From Acidobacteriota bacterium (GTDB lineage Bacteria > Acidobacteriota > UBA6911 > RPQK01 > JADFOI01): a stretch of DNA of 64,000 nucleotides. Below are positions 1-10,993 of this stretch, piece after piece (positions within the stretch are counted from its first letter, which is position 1; every line of letters starts with the position of its first letter). The translations under genes were made by a program, and so were the position numbers. Location: positions 1,600,001 through 1,664,000 of the forward strand of contig OY760074.1 of NCBI GenBank assembly GCA_963663035.1. Reading direction: 5' to 3'. Below the pieces are notes generated by a model. The model was not told where the DNA came from and searched no databases. It was given only the letters and a program-made list of their open reading frames with translations.

Positions 1-1501
1 CGATACAGGTCGTACATCCGTATCCCACCAGATGGAAACCCAGTTGATTGAGAGGAGACAGCAAACCCGCTTCCTCAAGATACTCCGTGACCACCTTGGA
101 TCCGGGGGCGAGACTCGTCTTGACCCAGGGTCGGCTCTGAAGACCGCGCTCGACCGCACTCTTTGCCAGCAACCCTGCGGCCACCATGACCGAGGGATTC
201 GAGGTATTGGTACAACTGGTGATGGCAGCAATGACCACTGCCCCGTGGCTAAGCTCGCCTTCCCCTTCGTTGCCGCTGGGAGCCCCGTTGGTCATGGCCT
301 TCAAACTCTCCGCAAAGGCCTCCTTGGACCGTCGCAGGGGGATGCGGTCCTGCGGCCGCCTGGGTCCAGCCAGACTCGGCTCCACGGTCCCCATCTCCAG
401 CTCCAGAGTGTCACTGTATTCTGCCTCCGGACTGTCAGGGGTATGGAACAGACCCTGCGCTTTCGCGTAAGTCTCTACCAGTGCGATCTGTTCGGGGCTG
501 CGGGCGGTGAACTTCAAATACTCGAGAGTTTCCGAGTCAATCGGAAAGATCGCGCAAGTGGCTCCGTATTCCGGAGACATGTTGCCCAGCGTGGCCCGAT
601 CGGCCAGAGAAAGCTGCCCAATCCCGGGTCCATAGAACTCAACCAACTTCCCAACCACACCCTTCTCCCGGAGGAGCTGGGTAATGGTCAGCACCAGGTC
701 CGTGGCTGTCGTACCCTCCGGAAGGGCCCCAAACAATTTAACCCCAACCACCTGGGGGATGAGCAAACTGATGGGCTGGCCAAGCATGGCCGCTTCCGCC
801 TCGATTCCACCCACACCCCACCCCAGGACTCCAAGTCCATTGATCATGGTGGTGTGGCTATCCAATCCCACCAGCGAATCAGGATAGGCGATTAAACGAC
901 CCTCTACCTCGGACTCAAACACCACTCGGGCCAAATACTCCAGGTTGACTTGATGCACGATGCCGGTCGCTGGCGGGACCACCCGGAAATTATGGAATGC
1001 GGATTGTCCCCAGCGCAGAAATGCATACCGTTCCCGGTTTCGCTCAAACTCCCTCTCCACGTTGAGCTGGAACGAGTCGGGGCGACCAAAAGAATCAACC
1101 TGAACCGAATGATCGATGACCAGTTCGGCAGGGACCAGAGGATTGATCTTGCTGGGATCTCCTCCCATTTCGGCCATGGCGTCACGCATCACGGCCAAAT
1201 CAACCACCGCCGGAACACCCGTGAAGTCCTGCAGGAGAACCCGTGCCGGGGTGAAAGCGATTTCTCTCTCTGGTGGCTTTTTGGGCTCCCAGTTGACCAT
1301 GGCCTCGATATCTTCCGCCGTCACAGCCTCCCCATCCTCGTGGCGAAGCAAGTTCTCCAGCAGGATCTTCAGCGAGAAGGGTAATCGGTTGATATTCCCA
1401 AGGCCTTTTACCTCGGCGGTGAGATTAAAATAATCCAGTTCCCGTCCGCTCACTGTTAAAGTGGAGCGGACCCCACAACTATCTAAACTCTCTCGCGCCA
1501 T
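1..1501 (-). CDS. acnA: Aconitate hydratase A (5' part; runs off the window start)
   Basis: Manual minus-strand translation from ATG at 1501 ([15 protein letters not shown]...) contains [20 protein letters not shown] and VIDHSVQVD; AAGGAG SD upstream. Absent from the ORF track because the stop lies outside the window. Confidence 0.93.
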   Translation of the reverse strand, partial: MARESLDSCGVRSTLTVSGRELDYFNLTAEVKGLGNINRLPFSLKILLENLLRHEDGEAVTAEDIEAMVNWEPKKPPEREIAFTPARVLLQDFTGVPAVVDLAVMRDAMAEMGGDPSKINPLVPAELVIDHSVQVDSFGRPDSFQLNVEREFERNRERYAFLRWGQSAFHNFRVVPPATGIVHQVNLEYLARVVFESEVEGRLIAYPDSLVGLDSHTTMINGLGVLGWGVGGIEAEAAMLGQPISLLIPQVVGVKLFGALPEGTTATDLVLTITQLLREKGVVGKLVEFYGPGIGQLSLADRATLGNMSPEYGATCAIFPIDSETLEYLKFTARSPEQIALVETYAKAQGLFHTPDSPEAEYSDTLELEMGTVEPSLAGPRRPQDRIPLRRSKEAFAESLKAMTNGAPSGNEGEGELSHGAVVIAAITSCTNTSNPSVMVAAGLLAKSAVERGLQSRPWVKTSLAPGSKVVTEYLEEAGLLSPLNQLGFHLVGYGCTTCI

Positions 1502-1514
1502 TTTAAAATCTCCT

Positions 1515-1711
1515 TAGCTCGCATTATGTATAGGTTTTCGTAGCGAAGTGGCGCAAGCGTCGCGATGACAAGGCGTGTGAGGGATACCCGCTCGCGGCTC
1601 GCGCTCCGCTGGCGTACTCTTGCAGTACGTCGAGGAGCGCAAGGAAACACAACGACGTCAGCGCGAAAGATTGCGACACTGTAGCAGAAACTTTATTCAT
1701 AATGCGGGCTA
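1515..1711. mobile_element. MITE-like palindromic element, family A (diverged copy)
   Basis: TIRs TAGCTCGCATTATG...CATAATGCGGGCTA; core GCGTACTCTTGCAGTACGTCGAGGAG shared with copies at 11803, 31680 and 39855. Confidence 0.8.
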
Positions 1712-1759
1712 TTTACCACGATACTGCCATCACCAGGTAAAGACAACCGGCTCCCCCCT

Positions 1760-3166
1760 TTACTTCCGATAAAGATGGGTAGCCTGTCCCAGAAAGGCCT
1801 CAGCCGCTTCGCCCAGGGTCTCAGAGAGGGTGGGATGGGTGTGAATGATATTGGCCAGATCTTCTGCCACTGCTGCCATTTCAACAGCCAACACACCTTC
1901 GGCAATGAGTTCCCCGGCATGGGGCCCAACCAATCCAACGCCCAGAACCTGACCGGTCTGGGGATCAAAGATCATCTTGGTCAATCCCTCTTTTCTGCCA
2001 ATCGTTAGTGCTCGACCCGAAGCAGCCCAGGGAAAACGTGTGACCTTGATCTTCCGGCCCTCACTCTTGGCCTGAGTTTCAGTCAAGCCGCACCAGGCGA
2101 CCTCGGGATCGGTGAAGACCACGGCCGGGATGGCTACATTATCAAAGGCGACAGATTGTCCCGCGATCACCTGGGCAACCAGCTTCCCTTCCCGGGTGGC
2201 CTTGTGGGCCAGCATGGGGAGAGCGCCCACATCACCAATGGCAAAAATATCGCTGTCGGCCGTGCGGCATTGCTGATCGACCTGAATGGACCCTTTTTCA
2301 TCTCTCTCGACCTTTGTGTTCTCCAGACCCAACTCATCCGAATTGCTCTGACGTCCCACAGAAACCAGGACCTTTTCAAAGGTCCTCTGCTCGCCGATCT
2401 CGCCCTCAAACTTGGTCTCGATGCCTTGTTTGGTCTCCTTCATTGCGACAACCCTGGTATTGAGGTGAACCAGGGCAAACAATTCCTGAATCCGTCTGCC
2501 CAGGGGCCTGACCAAATCCCGATCAACCCCCGGCAGCAGACCATCGGTCATCTCCACCAGGGTTACCTGGCTCCCCAGAGATGCATAGACAGTTCCCAGT
2601 TCTAATCCGATGTACCCACCTCCTACCACCAGCAGTGTTTTGGGCACCTCCTCCAACTTCAGTCCCCCCGTAGAGTCCATCACTCGATCACTTTCAATTT
2701 CAATCCCCGGTATTCCCATCGGTCGAGAACCCGTGGCAATGATGGCGTGTTTGAACTTGATCTGGGAAACCTCACTGTCCTTCAGGCGCAGCGAGTGGGA
2801 GTCTTCAAAACTGGCACAGCCACGTATGAACTCGACCCCGCGACGATTGGCCAGGTCAGAGAGCCCCTTGGTGAATTGACTCACGACCCCGTCTTTCCAT
2901 TCACGCACTTTTTCCAGATCAATTTGGGGCTCACCAAAGCGAATCCCAAACTCCTCTCCTCGACGCGCTTCGCTCAAAAGGAGTGAGACAAAAAGGAGTG
3001 CCTTTGAGGGGATACAGCCGGCATGAAGACAGACTCCGCCAAGCGCTTGGCGGCTGTCCACCAGCGTGGTCTGCAAACCCAGGTCGGCGGCATGAAATGC
3101 TGCGGCGTAACCACCGGGGCCTGCACCGATTACAACAACCTCTGTCTTTCGTGACGACTCTCCCAT
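1760..3166 (-). CDS. lpdA: Dihydrolipoyl dehydrogenase
   Basis: GAGPGG FAD motif, GGVCLHAGCIPSK redox disulfide, HPTLSE C-terminal motif. Confidence 0.95.
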   Translation of the reverse strand: MGESSRKTEVVVIGAGPGGYAAAFHAADLGLQTTLVDSRQALGGVCLHAGCIPSKALLFVSLLLSEARRGEEFGIRFGEPQIDLEKVREWKDGVVSQFTKGLSDLANRRGVEFIRGCASFEDSHSLRLKDSEVSQIKFKHAIIATGSRPMGIPGIEIESDRVMDSTGGLKLEEVPKTLLVVGGGYIGLELGTVYASLGSQVTLVEMTDGLLPGVDRDLVRPLGRRIQELFALVHLNTRVVAMKETKQGIETKFEGEIGEQRTFEKVLVSVGRQSNSDELGLENTKVERDEKGSIQVDQQCRTADSDIFAIGDVGALPMLAHKATREGKLVAQVIAGQSVAFDNVAIPAVVFTDPEVAWCGLTETQAKSEGRKIKVTRFPWAASGRALTIGRKEGLTKMIFDPQTGQVLGVGLVGPHAGELIAEGVLAVEMAAVAEDLANIIHTHPTLSETLGEAAEAFLGQATHLYRK

Positions 3167-3264
3167 TCGATCGGCTCCTTTCTTGATCTGCGACCCTGTC
3201 AGTATACTGTGTCGGCATTTTCTGAGCTCCGACCGATGTCGTGTTATTGTGATTTAATTGGATC

Positions 3265-4059
3265 ATGCAACAATATCTCGCCCTGCTGGAGCATATTCTC
3301 CAGCACGGTGTAAAGAAGGATGATCGCACTGGTACTGGGACTCTCAGCGTCTTCGGCTACCAGATGCGCTTCACTTTGGGGGAACGGTTTCCCCTGCTCA
3401 CCACCAAAAAGTTGCACCTCCGTTCGGTCATTTATGAACTCCTGTGGATGCTCTCAGGAAGCACGAATGTTCGCGATTTGAACCAGCATGGGGTCACCAT
3501 CTGGGACGAGTGGGCCGACCAGGAGGGCAGCCTCGGTCCTGTTTATGGTTACCAATGGCGCTCCTGGGCAGCTCCGGGGGGAGATCAGATCGATCAAATT
3601 TCCAGGGTGGTCGAGCAGATTCGGACCGATCCGCATTCCCGCCGCCACATCGTGAGCGCCTGGAACGTCGCCGATACCGACAAAATGAAGCTTCCTCCCT
3701 GTCACACTCTTTTTCAGTTTTACGTCAGCAGGGGCACGCTTTCCTGCCAGCTCTATCAGCGCAGCGCAGACGTCTTTTTAGGGGTTCCTTTCAACATTGC
3801 TTCTTACGCCCTGCTCACCATGATGGTCGCCCAGATCTGTGGGTTGGAACCGGCTGAATTTATTCATACCCTGGGCGATGGACACCTTTACAGCAACCAT
3901 CTCGAGCAAGCCAGACTTCAGCTCACCCGAGAGCCGAGGCCTCTCCCACAAATGAGACTGAACCCGGAGGTCAGGTCAATCTTCGAATTCGATTATCAGG
4001 ACTTCACCTTGGAGAATTACGATCCCCATCCCCACATTTCCGCGCCGGTCGCCGTATGA
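3265..4059 (+). CDS. thyA: Thymidylate synthase
   Basis: [30 protein letters not shown]. Confidence 0.97.
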   Translation: MQQYLALLEHILQHGVKKDDRTGTGTLSVFGYQMRFTLGERFPLLTTKKLHLRSVIYELLWMLSGSTNVRDLNQHGVTIWDEWADQEGSLGPVYGYQWRSWAAPGGDQIDQISRVVEQIRTDPHSRRHIVSAWNVADTDKMKLPPCHTLFQFYVSRGTLSCQLYQRSADVFLGVPFNIASYALLTMMVAQICGLEPAEFIHTLGDGHLYSNHLEQARLQLTREPRPLPQMRLNPEVRSIFEFDYQDFTLENYDPHPHISAPVAV

Positions 4060-4571
4060 GGCTCTCTCTCATTGCCGCCATGTCAGCCCACCGGGTGATC
4101 GGGCGAGACAACAGCCTGCCCTGGAAGCTGCCGGCGGATTGGAAGCACTTCAAGAACCTGACCATGGGACACCACCTGCTCATGGGGCGCAAGACCTTTG
4201 AGTCCATCGGCCGCCCCCTTCCCGGTCGAACCACTGTGGTGATCACCCGCCAAAGCGGTTACAGCCCGACAGGAGTGCTTGTGGCCCACTCCATCGAGCA
4301 AGCGCTGCAACTGGCTGCCCAGGACAGTGAAGTGTTTGTGGCTGGCGGAGCGGAGATTTACCGTCAGATGCTTCCTCGAGTTGACCGAATCTATCTGACT
4401 TCCATTGACAAAGACTTTGAGGGAGATACGTTTTTTCCGGATTTTGATGAGTCCGACTGGCAGCTGATCTCCCAGGAAAACCGAGAACCCGATGAAAAGA
4501 ACGCCTATCCCTACACCTTTCTGACCTATGTAAGAAAGAATACAGAAGACAGAAGACAGAAGACAGAATGA
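4056..4571 (+). CDS. folA: Dihydrofolate reductase
   Basis: [30 protein letters not shown]; ATGA overlap with thyA. Confidence 0.96.
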   Translation: MRLSLIAAMSAHRVIGRDNSLPWKLPADWKHFKNLTMGHHLLMGRKTFESIGRPLPGRTTVVITRQSGYSPTGVLVAHSIEQALQLAAQDSEVFVAGGAEIYRQMLPRVDRIYLTSIDKDFEGDTFFPDFDESDWQLISQENREPDEKNAYPYTFLTYVRKNTEDRRQKTE

Positions 4572-4632
4572 AGATTTCGGACACGGGAATAAACTTTTTG
4601 AGCACGAAAGCACGAATGCACGAATTCAGCAC
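4542..4632. repeat. Short tandem heptamer repeats (ACAGAAG)x4 and GCACGAA-like x3
   Basis: acagaagacagaagacagaagacagaa encodes the folA tail TEDRRQKTE; gcacgaaagcacgaatgcacgaat follows. Confidence 0.75.
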
Positions 4633-4659
4633 CTGAGATGCCTCCCAGGCACGGATAAC

Positions 4660-5187
4660 ATGCAAGAACGAACCACACTGGTACTGAGCGGGGTCGTTTT
4701 ACTTTTGGCCGGGACGGCCTGGCTGCGAGGTGGATGGGAACTGGCCCTGGCCGGGATAGCGGGTGGGTTTCAATCATTGTTCCTGATGGCACCCTTGCTG
4801 CTGTGCGCTTTCTTTCTCGCCGGCCTGATTCAGAACCTCTTAACCCAGGAAAGAGTCACCCATTGGCTGGGAAAAGGCTCGGGCGTGCGAGGCATTTTGC
4901 TCGCTTGTGCCAGTGGAGTACTGATCCCTGGCGGACCCTACATTTACTATCCCATAGCCCTCACGCTACTCAGGGCCGGTGCCAGCCTGGGGGTCGTGGT
5001 GGGCTTTGTCTCAGCCAAGAACCTGTGGCCCATCGTGCGCTTGCCCTTAGAGTTCGCCTTACTGGGCCCACGCCTGACGGTGGCTCGACTGGTGGCCACA
5101 CTTCTGGTGCCTCCGCTGCTGGGCTTTCTTTCCCAGGCGCTGGCTGGACGACAGGTGGAGCACATCCGCCAGGGGATCAAATTATGA
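4660..5187 (+). CDS. Predicted permease (DUF318/ArsP-like), subunit 1
   Basis: Hydrophobic protein with WLGKGSG and PGGPY motifs. Confidence 0.75.
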   Translation: MQERTTLVLSGVVLLLAGTAWLRGGWELALAGIAGGFQSLFLMAPLLLCAFFLAGLIQNLLTQERVTHWLGKGSGVRGILLACASGVLIPGGPYIYYPIALTLLRAGASLGVVVGFVSAKNLWPIVRLPLEFALLGPRLTVARLVATLLVPPLLGFLSQALAGRQVEHIRQGIKL

Positions 5188-5672
5188 GCATGGCGACCTT
5201 TAGCCTCCTCATACCGACACTGATCATCTTCATCTACACCTGGAGGCGGCACGATGGCAGCCTCCGGCGCGGCCTCATGCAAGGCTGGCACACCCTGCTG
5301 GGTGTCTTTCCTCTGCTGATCATGGCATTTATCACCATCGGCTATGTCCGAGTCCTACTTCCCCAGGACGGGCTTCAGAACTGGATTGGACCTGATTCCG
5401 GGTGGGGAGGATTGTTTCTTGCCGAGGGAATGGGGGCGCTAATGCCCGGAGGTCCCTACGTCGTCCTTCCCCTCATCAGTACCCTTCACGAACTCGGCAC
5501 CGGACTGGCACACACGGTCATTCTCGTGACCAGCTGGTCGAGCCTGAGCTTGTTGAATGCCCTCTTCGAAATTCGCTTTATCGGCTGGCGTTTTACCGCC
5601 ATCCGGTGGACGCTGATGTTGCCCGTTCCGCTGCTGGTCGGCCTTCTGGCCCAGGCCCTGTTCGGCGAGTAA
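5184..5672 (+). CDS. Predicted permease (DUF318/ArsP-like), subunit 2
   Basis: Start reassigned to ATG 5184 (ATGA overlap); paralogous WIGPDSG and PGGPY motifs. Confidence 0.75.
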   Translation: MSMATFSLLIPTLIIFIYTWRRHDGSLRRGLMQGWHTLLGVFPLLIMAFITIGYVRVLLPQDGLQNWIGPDSGWGGLFLAEGMGALMPGGPYVVLPLISTLHELGTGLAHTVILVTSWSSLSLLNALFEIRFIGWRFTAIRWTLMLPVPLLVGLLAQALFGE

Positions 5673-5766
5673 TCCTCAATCCGGGCGCCTTTTCTCACAT
5701 AACACCAGTAAATTCCTATATCCTGATCTTGTGGGCTAACAATAGCTATGACACGGAGGAGAAACT

Positions 5767-6354
5767 ATGACTGTGGTATTAATCTTCCTAATAGTGGTGG
5801 TGGGGCTCATCGCCTGGGTAGCCGGCATGTACAACCGGCTGGTGAGTCTGCGCAATCGTTTCAAGAATGCCTTCGCCCAGATTGATGTCCAGCTCAAACG
5901 GCGCTACGACTTGATTCCGAATCTGGTCGAAACAGCCAAGGGTTATATCAAGCACGAGCGGGAGACACTGGAGGCGGTGGTCAATGCACGCAATCAAGCC
6001 TCGGCGGCCAGTGACCGTGCTGCTGAGAGCCCCGGGGATCCCAATTCCATGAAAGGACTGATGACTGCAGAGACGGCCCTGGGCGGGGCCCTGGGACGCC
6101 TGCTTGCCGTGGTAGAGGCCTATCCTGACTTGAAGGCCAATCAAAATATGGCCCAACTCATGGAAGAGCTCAGCACCACGGAAAACAAGATCGCTTTCGC
6201 TCGACAGTCTTACAACGATTCCGTCATGGTCTACAACACGCGCTGTCAAGTCTTCCCCAGCGTTATCGTTGCCAACACCATGGGCTTCACCCAGGCTGAA
6301 CTGTTCGAAATCGAGGCGGCCGAAGAACGGGAAGCTCCCAAGGTCTCCTTCTAA
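5767..6354 (+). CDS. lemA: LemA family protein
   Basis: N-terminal TM, IDVQLKRRYDLIPNLV, EAYPDLKAN; GGAGG SD. Confidence 0.95.
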   Translation: MTVVLIFLIVVVGLIAWVAGMYNRLVSLRNRFKNAFAQIDVQLKRRYDLIPNLVETAKGYIKHERETLEAVVNARNQASAASDRAAESPGDPNSMKGLMTAETALGGALGRLLAVVEAYPDLKANQNMAQLMEELSTTENKIAFARQSYNDSVMVYNTRCQVFPSVIVANTMGFTQAELFEIEAAEEREAPKVSF

Positions 6355-6417
6355 AGGAAGTCTGGAAGAATTCCTGGGCTGTCCCTGAATTTCTTTTCTC
6401 GAAAACACCGAGGCGAC

Positions 6418-8514
6418 ATGACGGTTCCTGCAACCCATACGATGGATTTTTTTGAGTATCAGGACCAGGCCCGCCGGAGTACCCGGTGGTTGATCGCTTA
6501 CTTTACTCTAGCGGTGATCCTGATCATTCTTGCCATCTATCTCGCCGTGATCGCGATCTTTTTCGGCTTCACTGTCCAAGACGGCATCGAACTTCCATTT
6601 CAATGGTGGAGACCTGATTTTTTCCTGTGGATCACGGCGGCAGCTGTGAGCGTCATAGTGATTGGAAGCGTTTACAAGGTTCTCGCGCTTTCACAGGGCG
6701 GAGAGGTGGTGGCCCGCTGGCTGGGAGGTCGTCTGCTCGATTCCAACACCAAGAATTCTCAGGAACGCCGTCTTCTCAACGTGGTGGAAGAAATGGCCAT
6801 CGCCTCCGGAACACCCGTGCCCTCGGTCTTCCTCCTGGAAAAGGAAAAGAGCATCAACGCCTTCGCCGCTGGCTACAGCCCCACAGACGCCGTGATTGGG
6901 GTGACGCAGGGAACCATCCAGATCTTGTCTCGAGACGAACTGCAGGGAGTGATTGCCCATGAGTTCTCCCACATCCTCAACGGAGACATGCGCCTGAACC
7001 TTCGGCTGATAGGGGTTTTAAACGGCATTCTGGTGATTGCCATGATTGGATATGGGATCCTGAGGGGCGCCCGCGTCTCCAGCAACAGGAAGGGGGGCGG
7101 TGCTCCTATCCTGCTGTTGGGAGGTGCGCTTCTTCTCATCGGCTACGTGGGCGTCTTCTTCGGCAAACTCATCAAGAGTGCCGTGTCACGGCAGCGAGAA
7201 TTCCTGGCTGACGCCTCAGCCGTTCAGTTCACGCGAAATCCCGCCGGTATCGCCGATGCGCTCAAAAAGATCGGAGGCCTCGCCTACGGCTCCCGCATCG
7301 AAAACCCCAAGGCTGAGGAGGCCAGCCACCTGTTCTTTTCAAATGGGATACATCGCGCCAGACGGAAATCCACCCTGGGAGGCAACATCCCCCCCGTGCA
7401 GGCCCAAGGTGCCTTCAGCTTCATGGCCACTCATCCTCCGCTGGCGAAGCGCATCAAACGTATCCAACCATCCTTTGAGGGCAACTTCCCGGTGGTTGAG
7501 ATTCCGACCAAGAAGACACTTGCCGACCGCGACAAGGAAGAGTTGGCAGCTCTTGAGGCCAAGGCCGGGGCCGGGGCCGCCACCTCTAAGCCAACAGCAC
7601 CCACCCCTCCCCCAGGGGCTCCAGCGGCCCAGACCATTCCAGTGATTCCACAAGAGATGACTCAGCTCTTTGGGAAGCTGACGGAGGCACATCTGGCCTA
7701 TGCCACCCTTCTTCTTTCGGAGCTGCCCCCGCAGTTGACCGCTCAAGTCCATGAACCCTCCACAGCCCGGGCCATCATTTTTGCCTTACTCCTGAGCCGC
7801 GACTCGGAGACCCGTCGGGCTCAGTTTCGACTGCTCAACGAGTCCAAGGATCAGCTGGTGGCTCGAGAGACTCTGGAGATCTCAACACTAATTGACCGAT
7901 GTCCTCCAGAAACACGCCTTCCCCTGGTTGACCTGGCCGTGCCGGCCTTGCGGGCTCTATCCCTTCCCCAGTATGAGGAGTTCACTCGAGAGGTAGAGCA
8001 ATTGGTTGAGGCTGACCAGAAGCTCGACTTGTTTGAGTACACGCTGCATCATGTTCTGCGCCGCCATCTCGATTCGCACTTCCGCGAAACTCAACCTTCA
8101 GCCCCCAAGTATCGCTCCCTGGCACCACTCAGCAAAGAAATCGCTCTCTTGCTGTCGAGCCTGGCCCATGTCGGACACGAGACGGAAGAGCAGGCCAGGC
8201 AGGCCTTTGCCCAAGGAGTGGAAGAGTTAACAAAAAGCCGCCTCACACTCAGTATGCAGAAGGAAGAGGAGTCCGGGTTTCAAGCGCTGAGCAGGGCCCT
8301 GGACCGTCTCACGCTGGTCACCCCTCTTCTCAAGCGACGGCTCCTGCGAGCCTGTGGTGCCTGCGTGAGTCATGACTATCAGGTAACAGTCCAGGAGGGT
8401 GAATTGCTGCGAGCCATCGCCGATTCCCTCGACTGCCCCCTGCCACCTCTTCTGGCGGGTCAATCAGTCCGCCGAACTGCTGAAGTACCGAAAACTACCG
8501 AGCCCAGTGCTTGA
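6418..8514 (+). CDS. M48 (HtpX-like) membrane zinc metallopeptidase with C-terminal extension
   Basis: HEFSH zinc motif, INAFAAG, SRQREFLAD, THPP; adjacent to lemA; true start may be ATG 6442 (MDFFE). Confidence 0.9.
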   Translation: MTVPATHTMDFFEYQDQARRSTRWLIAYFTLAVILIILAIYLAVIAIFFGFTVQDGIELPFQWWRPDFFLWITAAAVSVIVIGSVYKVLALSQGGEVVARWLGGRLLDSNTKNSQERRLLNVVEEMAIASGTPVPSVFLLEKEKSINAFAAGYSPTDAVIGVTQGTIQILSRDELQGVIAHEFSHILNGDMRLNLRLIGVLNGILVIAMIGYGILRGARVSSNRKGGGAPILLLGGALLLIGYVGVFFGKLIKSAVSRQREFLADASAVQFTRNPAGIADALKKIGGLAYGSRIENPKAEEASHLFFSNGIHRARRKSTLGGNIPPVQAQGAFSFMATHPPLAKRIKRIQPSFEGNFPVVEIPTKKTLADRDKEELAALEAKAGAGAATSKPTAPTPPPGAPAAQTIPVIPQEMTQLFGKLTEAHLAYATLLLSELPPQLTAQVHEPSTARAIIFALLLSRDSETRRAQFRLLNESKDQLVARETLEISTLIDRCPPETRLPLVDLAVPALRALSLPQYEEFTREVEQLVEADQKLDLFEYTLHHVLRRHLDSHFRETQPSAPKYRSLAPLSKEIALLLSSLAHVGHETEEQARQAFAQGVEELTKSRLTLSMQKEEESGFQALSRALDRLTLVTPLLKRRLLRACGACVSHDYQVTVQEGELLRAIADSLDCPLPPLLAGQSVRRTAEVPKTTEPSA

Positions 8515-8536
8515 CTAGCCCACAGTTCAGGACTCG

Positions 8537-8628
8537 TTCGGGGCCTGAGGCCCCTCCCACCTTCTGACCGCTCTCCTTCTTCTATCCCATCCCCTCTTTC
8601 GGTGGGAGGCACCTCAGGTGCCGAATCC
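8537..8628. repeat. Inverted pair of REP-like palindromes (REPIN/BIME-like)
   Basis: ttcggggcctgaggcccctcccac (8537-8560) and gtgggaggcacctcaggtgccgaatcc (8602-8628), between convergent genes. Confidence 0.75.
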
Positions 8629-8637
8629 TCAACGTTC

Positions 8638-9735
8638 TTATCTTATCCGGTAGTTTCTGGCCTGTTCGCGAACCTGCTCAACGTCGAAATCATTGGCACA
8701 CTCCACCACTTCGTTGCTGTACAACGACCTCACCAACTCGTCGGTCACCTCACCTTCCAAACCCATCAGCTCGACAATTTTCATCCACTCTTCATGACTG
8801 TAAGCCCCGTGCTTTTTTACCAGCTCGTCGCTGGGATCCCACTTGTACATTCTCGAGCGCATCACGGCCAGTGAAAATTGCAGGGCCTGCTCTTCGCTGA
8901 CCCCGGTCGGTTTGGACTCGGGATAGACCTTCCAGTGGATGTGGATGGCGGCTTCCGGATTCTCGAAGGCGAACTCGACTCCTTTGGCGAGCCCGCGAAC
9001 GTAGGCACAGACCTCCTTTCGGTTCGTCCTCAAGTAATCCCGGCGAACGAACAGCCCTCCCTGAAAGTAAGAGTCCATATATTCCGTGTCTGGAAGGTAG
9101 CGGTACTGTGCCCCAACCTGCTCCATGGCGGCCAGGATGGTATCGGACTGGATCAGAGCATCGATCTGACCCTGCTGCAGCAGTGCGGTCGAGCTGGGAC
9201 CCGTGCCCACAGCCACAATGTCCACATCATTCTCAGGATCAATCCCCAGGCTCATCAGGATTCCCTTGGCATAGGAGGTACTGGCAGCGGCAAGACTCAG
9301 GGTGCCAAGAGTTTTCCCCTTCACATCCTGGATGGTCTTGATGGGACTGTCAGGCAGAACCACCCAGCTGAAGATGGGGTCTCGGTTCTGGTTGAAGATC
9401 AGAACGATCCCAGCATCCCTGCCCTGGGAGGCGTTCAGGAGCATTGTCTCGGCGCCAATGTAGCCGATTTCGGACCGACCCGAAGCGACCAGCGGAACCG
9501 AGCGCCCACCTCCGCCCAAGGGCGTGACCTCTACATCGATACCCCCTTCTGCGAAGTAGCCCATCTCCTTGGCAATACTGGTTTGGGCAAGCAGCGGATC
9601 GATTTGAGGAGCGCCCAGCGCCCAGCGTAGAATCTTCAGCGACTCGCCCTCCTGTCCCACAACCGAAGTGCAGGTCAGGATCAAAACCAACACTCCAATC
9701 AGGCATGAGATGTTCGGCAACATTTTAGGTTTCAA
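8638..9735 (-). CDS. NitT/TauT-family (NMT1/THI5-like) ABC substrate-binding protein
   Basis: Signal peptide, AKEMGYFAEGGIDV, SPIKTIQDVKGK; last gene of the ABC operon. Confidence 0.88.
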   Translation of the reverse strand: MKPKMLPNISCLIGVLVLILTCTSVVGQEGESLKILRWALGAPQIDPLLAQTSIAKEMGYFAEGGIDVEVTPLGGGGRSVPLVASGRSEIGYIGAETMLLNASQGRDAGIVLIFNQNRDPIFSWVVLPDSPIKTIQDVKGKTLGTLSLAAASTSYAKGILMSLGIDPENDVDIVAVGTGPSSTALLQQGQIDALIQSDTILAAMEQVGAQYRYLPDTEYMDSYFQGGLFVRRDYLRTNRKEVCAYVRGLAKGVEFAFENPEAAIHIHWKVYPESKPTGVSEEQALQFSLAVMRSRMYKWDPSDELVKKHGAYSHEEWMKIVELMGLEGEVTDELVRSLYSNEVVECANDFDVEQVREQARNYRIR

Positions 9736-9750
9736 GTTCCATCCCTCCTT

Positions 9751-9778
9751 TGTCAGTTGTCAGCTGTCAGTTGTCAGT
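9751..9778. repeat. Heptamer tandem repeat (TGTCAG[T/C])x4
   Basis: tgtcagttgtcagctgtcagttgtcagt; reverse-complement relative at 51879-51901. Confidence 0.75.
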
Positions 9779-9782
9779 GGTT

Positions 9783-10979
9783 TCAGAATGAATCCACCAC
9801 AATCGGCTCCATGGGATAACGATGGAGACTTTCGGCACCATTCTCCGTCACCAGACACAGATCTCCAAGAAAAATACCGCTCGTTCCGTCCTGCGTGCTG
9901 GGATTGGGCTCAATGACCACGGTATGTCCTTTTTCAAAGGTGCAGCTCTGTATGGGATGGGCTGAACCCTTGACGCCCATGATGGGAGGCTCAATAAAGT
10001 TTCCCCATCCGTGTAACAGCGGAGCCTTGACGGTCAGACCGGCATCCAGAATCGGTTGGGCCCCCTCCTGAACTTCTTTCTCCGTGCTCCCCGGTCGAAG
10101 GGTTGACAGAACCCTCTCGAAGACTTCCTGGCCAATCTGGAAGAGCTTTTCGTAGTGTGGAGTGGGCTTGCCGACAAAGACAGTTCTCAGAATCTGGCCG
10201 GAGTAGCCCCCATAGGCGGAGCTGTGCTCACTCATGATCACGTCGCCCCTGACAATCGCTCGATCCGACATGTAGGCATCGGGAAACGCCATGCCCGGAT
10301 TCTCCATCGCAGTAGACCCCAGCAGAGCAAAGCACAACGTACCTCCCGCTCGATGTGTCTCGACCAGAATCTCATCATACAGGTCGATATTCCTGGCGCC
10401 TGGTTGGACGGCCCTCACATAGGCCTCCAGAGACTGATCGGTCAACTGTGCGCCCTTTCGAAGGAACTCGATCTCCTCATCAGATTTGATGCGGCGCAGA
10501 TTCTCGATCAGATCAGTGGCGATTTCAAATTCGGCCTGGGGAAGCGATTGCGTGATCCGAGCATATTGTTCCTGGGGAATCGACACCCGCCTTGCCGAGC
10601 TCACCCCCACGATTCCAATTCTTCCCTTCTCCATTCCCTTCTCTTTTAAAAGCTCCACCACCTTTTCATCGACTTTTAGCCCGCCGAATCGGATGTCCTC
10701 AACTGCCGAAATCTCCTTCCCTGTGGCAATGTGACCATTAAAGCTGGTTGCCAGTGTCGCCTCACCTTTTTTCGGAAAGATACAGTAAGCCTGGAACTGA
10801 TCTACGAAGTTGGTCACGTAGCGCAGATTGGCCTCTCCCGGATCGCTCCCGAAAGAGCAGTAGGCGCCGTACACAAGAAGACAATCGAACTGTCGAGCCT
10901 CCATCTCGTGGCGGATCCTCTGCCAGCGGTTTTGATATTCCTGATCACTGAACTGCGGGAAATGAACTCGCTTGACCAT
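9783..10979 (-). CDS. M24 family (Xaa-Pro peptidase/creatinase-like) protein
   Basis: Start reassigned to ATG 10979 with GGAGG SD; creatinase-N domain, RRIKSDEEI, HGWG, VIEPN. Confidence 0.85.
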   Translation of the reverse strand: MVKRVHFPQFSDQEYQNRWQRIRHEMEARQFDCLLVYGAYCSFGSDPGEANLRYVTNFVDQFQAYCIFPKKGEATLATSFNGHIATGKEISAVEDIRFGGLKVDEKVVELLKEKGMEKGRIGIVGVSSARRVSIPQEQYARITQSLPQAEFEIATDLIENLRRIKSDEEIEFLRKGAQLTDQSLEAYVRAVQPGARNIDLYDEILVETHRAGGTLCFALLGSTAMENPGMAFPDAYMSDRAIVRGDVIMSEHSSAYGGYSGQILRTVFVGKPTPHYEKLFQIGQEVFERVLSTLRPGSTEKEVQEGAQPILDAGLTVKAPLLHGWGNFIEPPIMGVKGSAHPIQSCTFEKGHTVVIEPNPSTQDGTSGIFLGDLCLVTENGAESLHRYPMEPIVVDSF

Positions 10980-10993
10980 CGGCTCCACCTCCT

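Noticed and set aside
32-1433. Plus-strand ORFs 32-895 and 950-1384
   Set aside because: Antisense shadows of acnA.
6365-6395. GGGACAGCCC-type short palindrome (similar at about 35818)
   Set aside because: Only two short imperfect copies; insufficient to call a family or a terminator.
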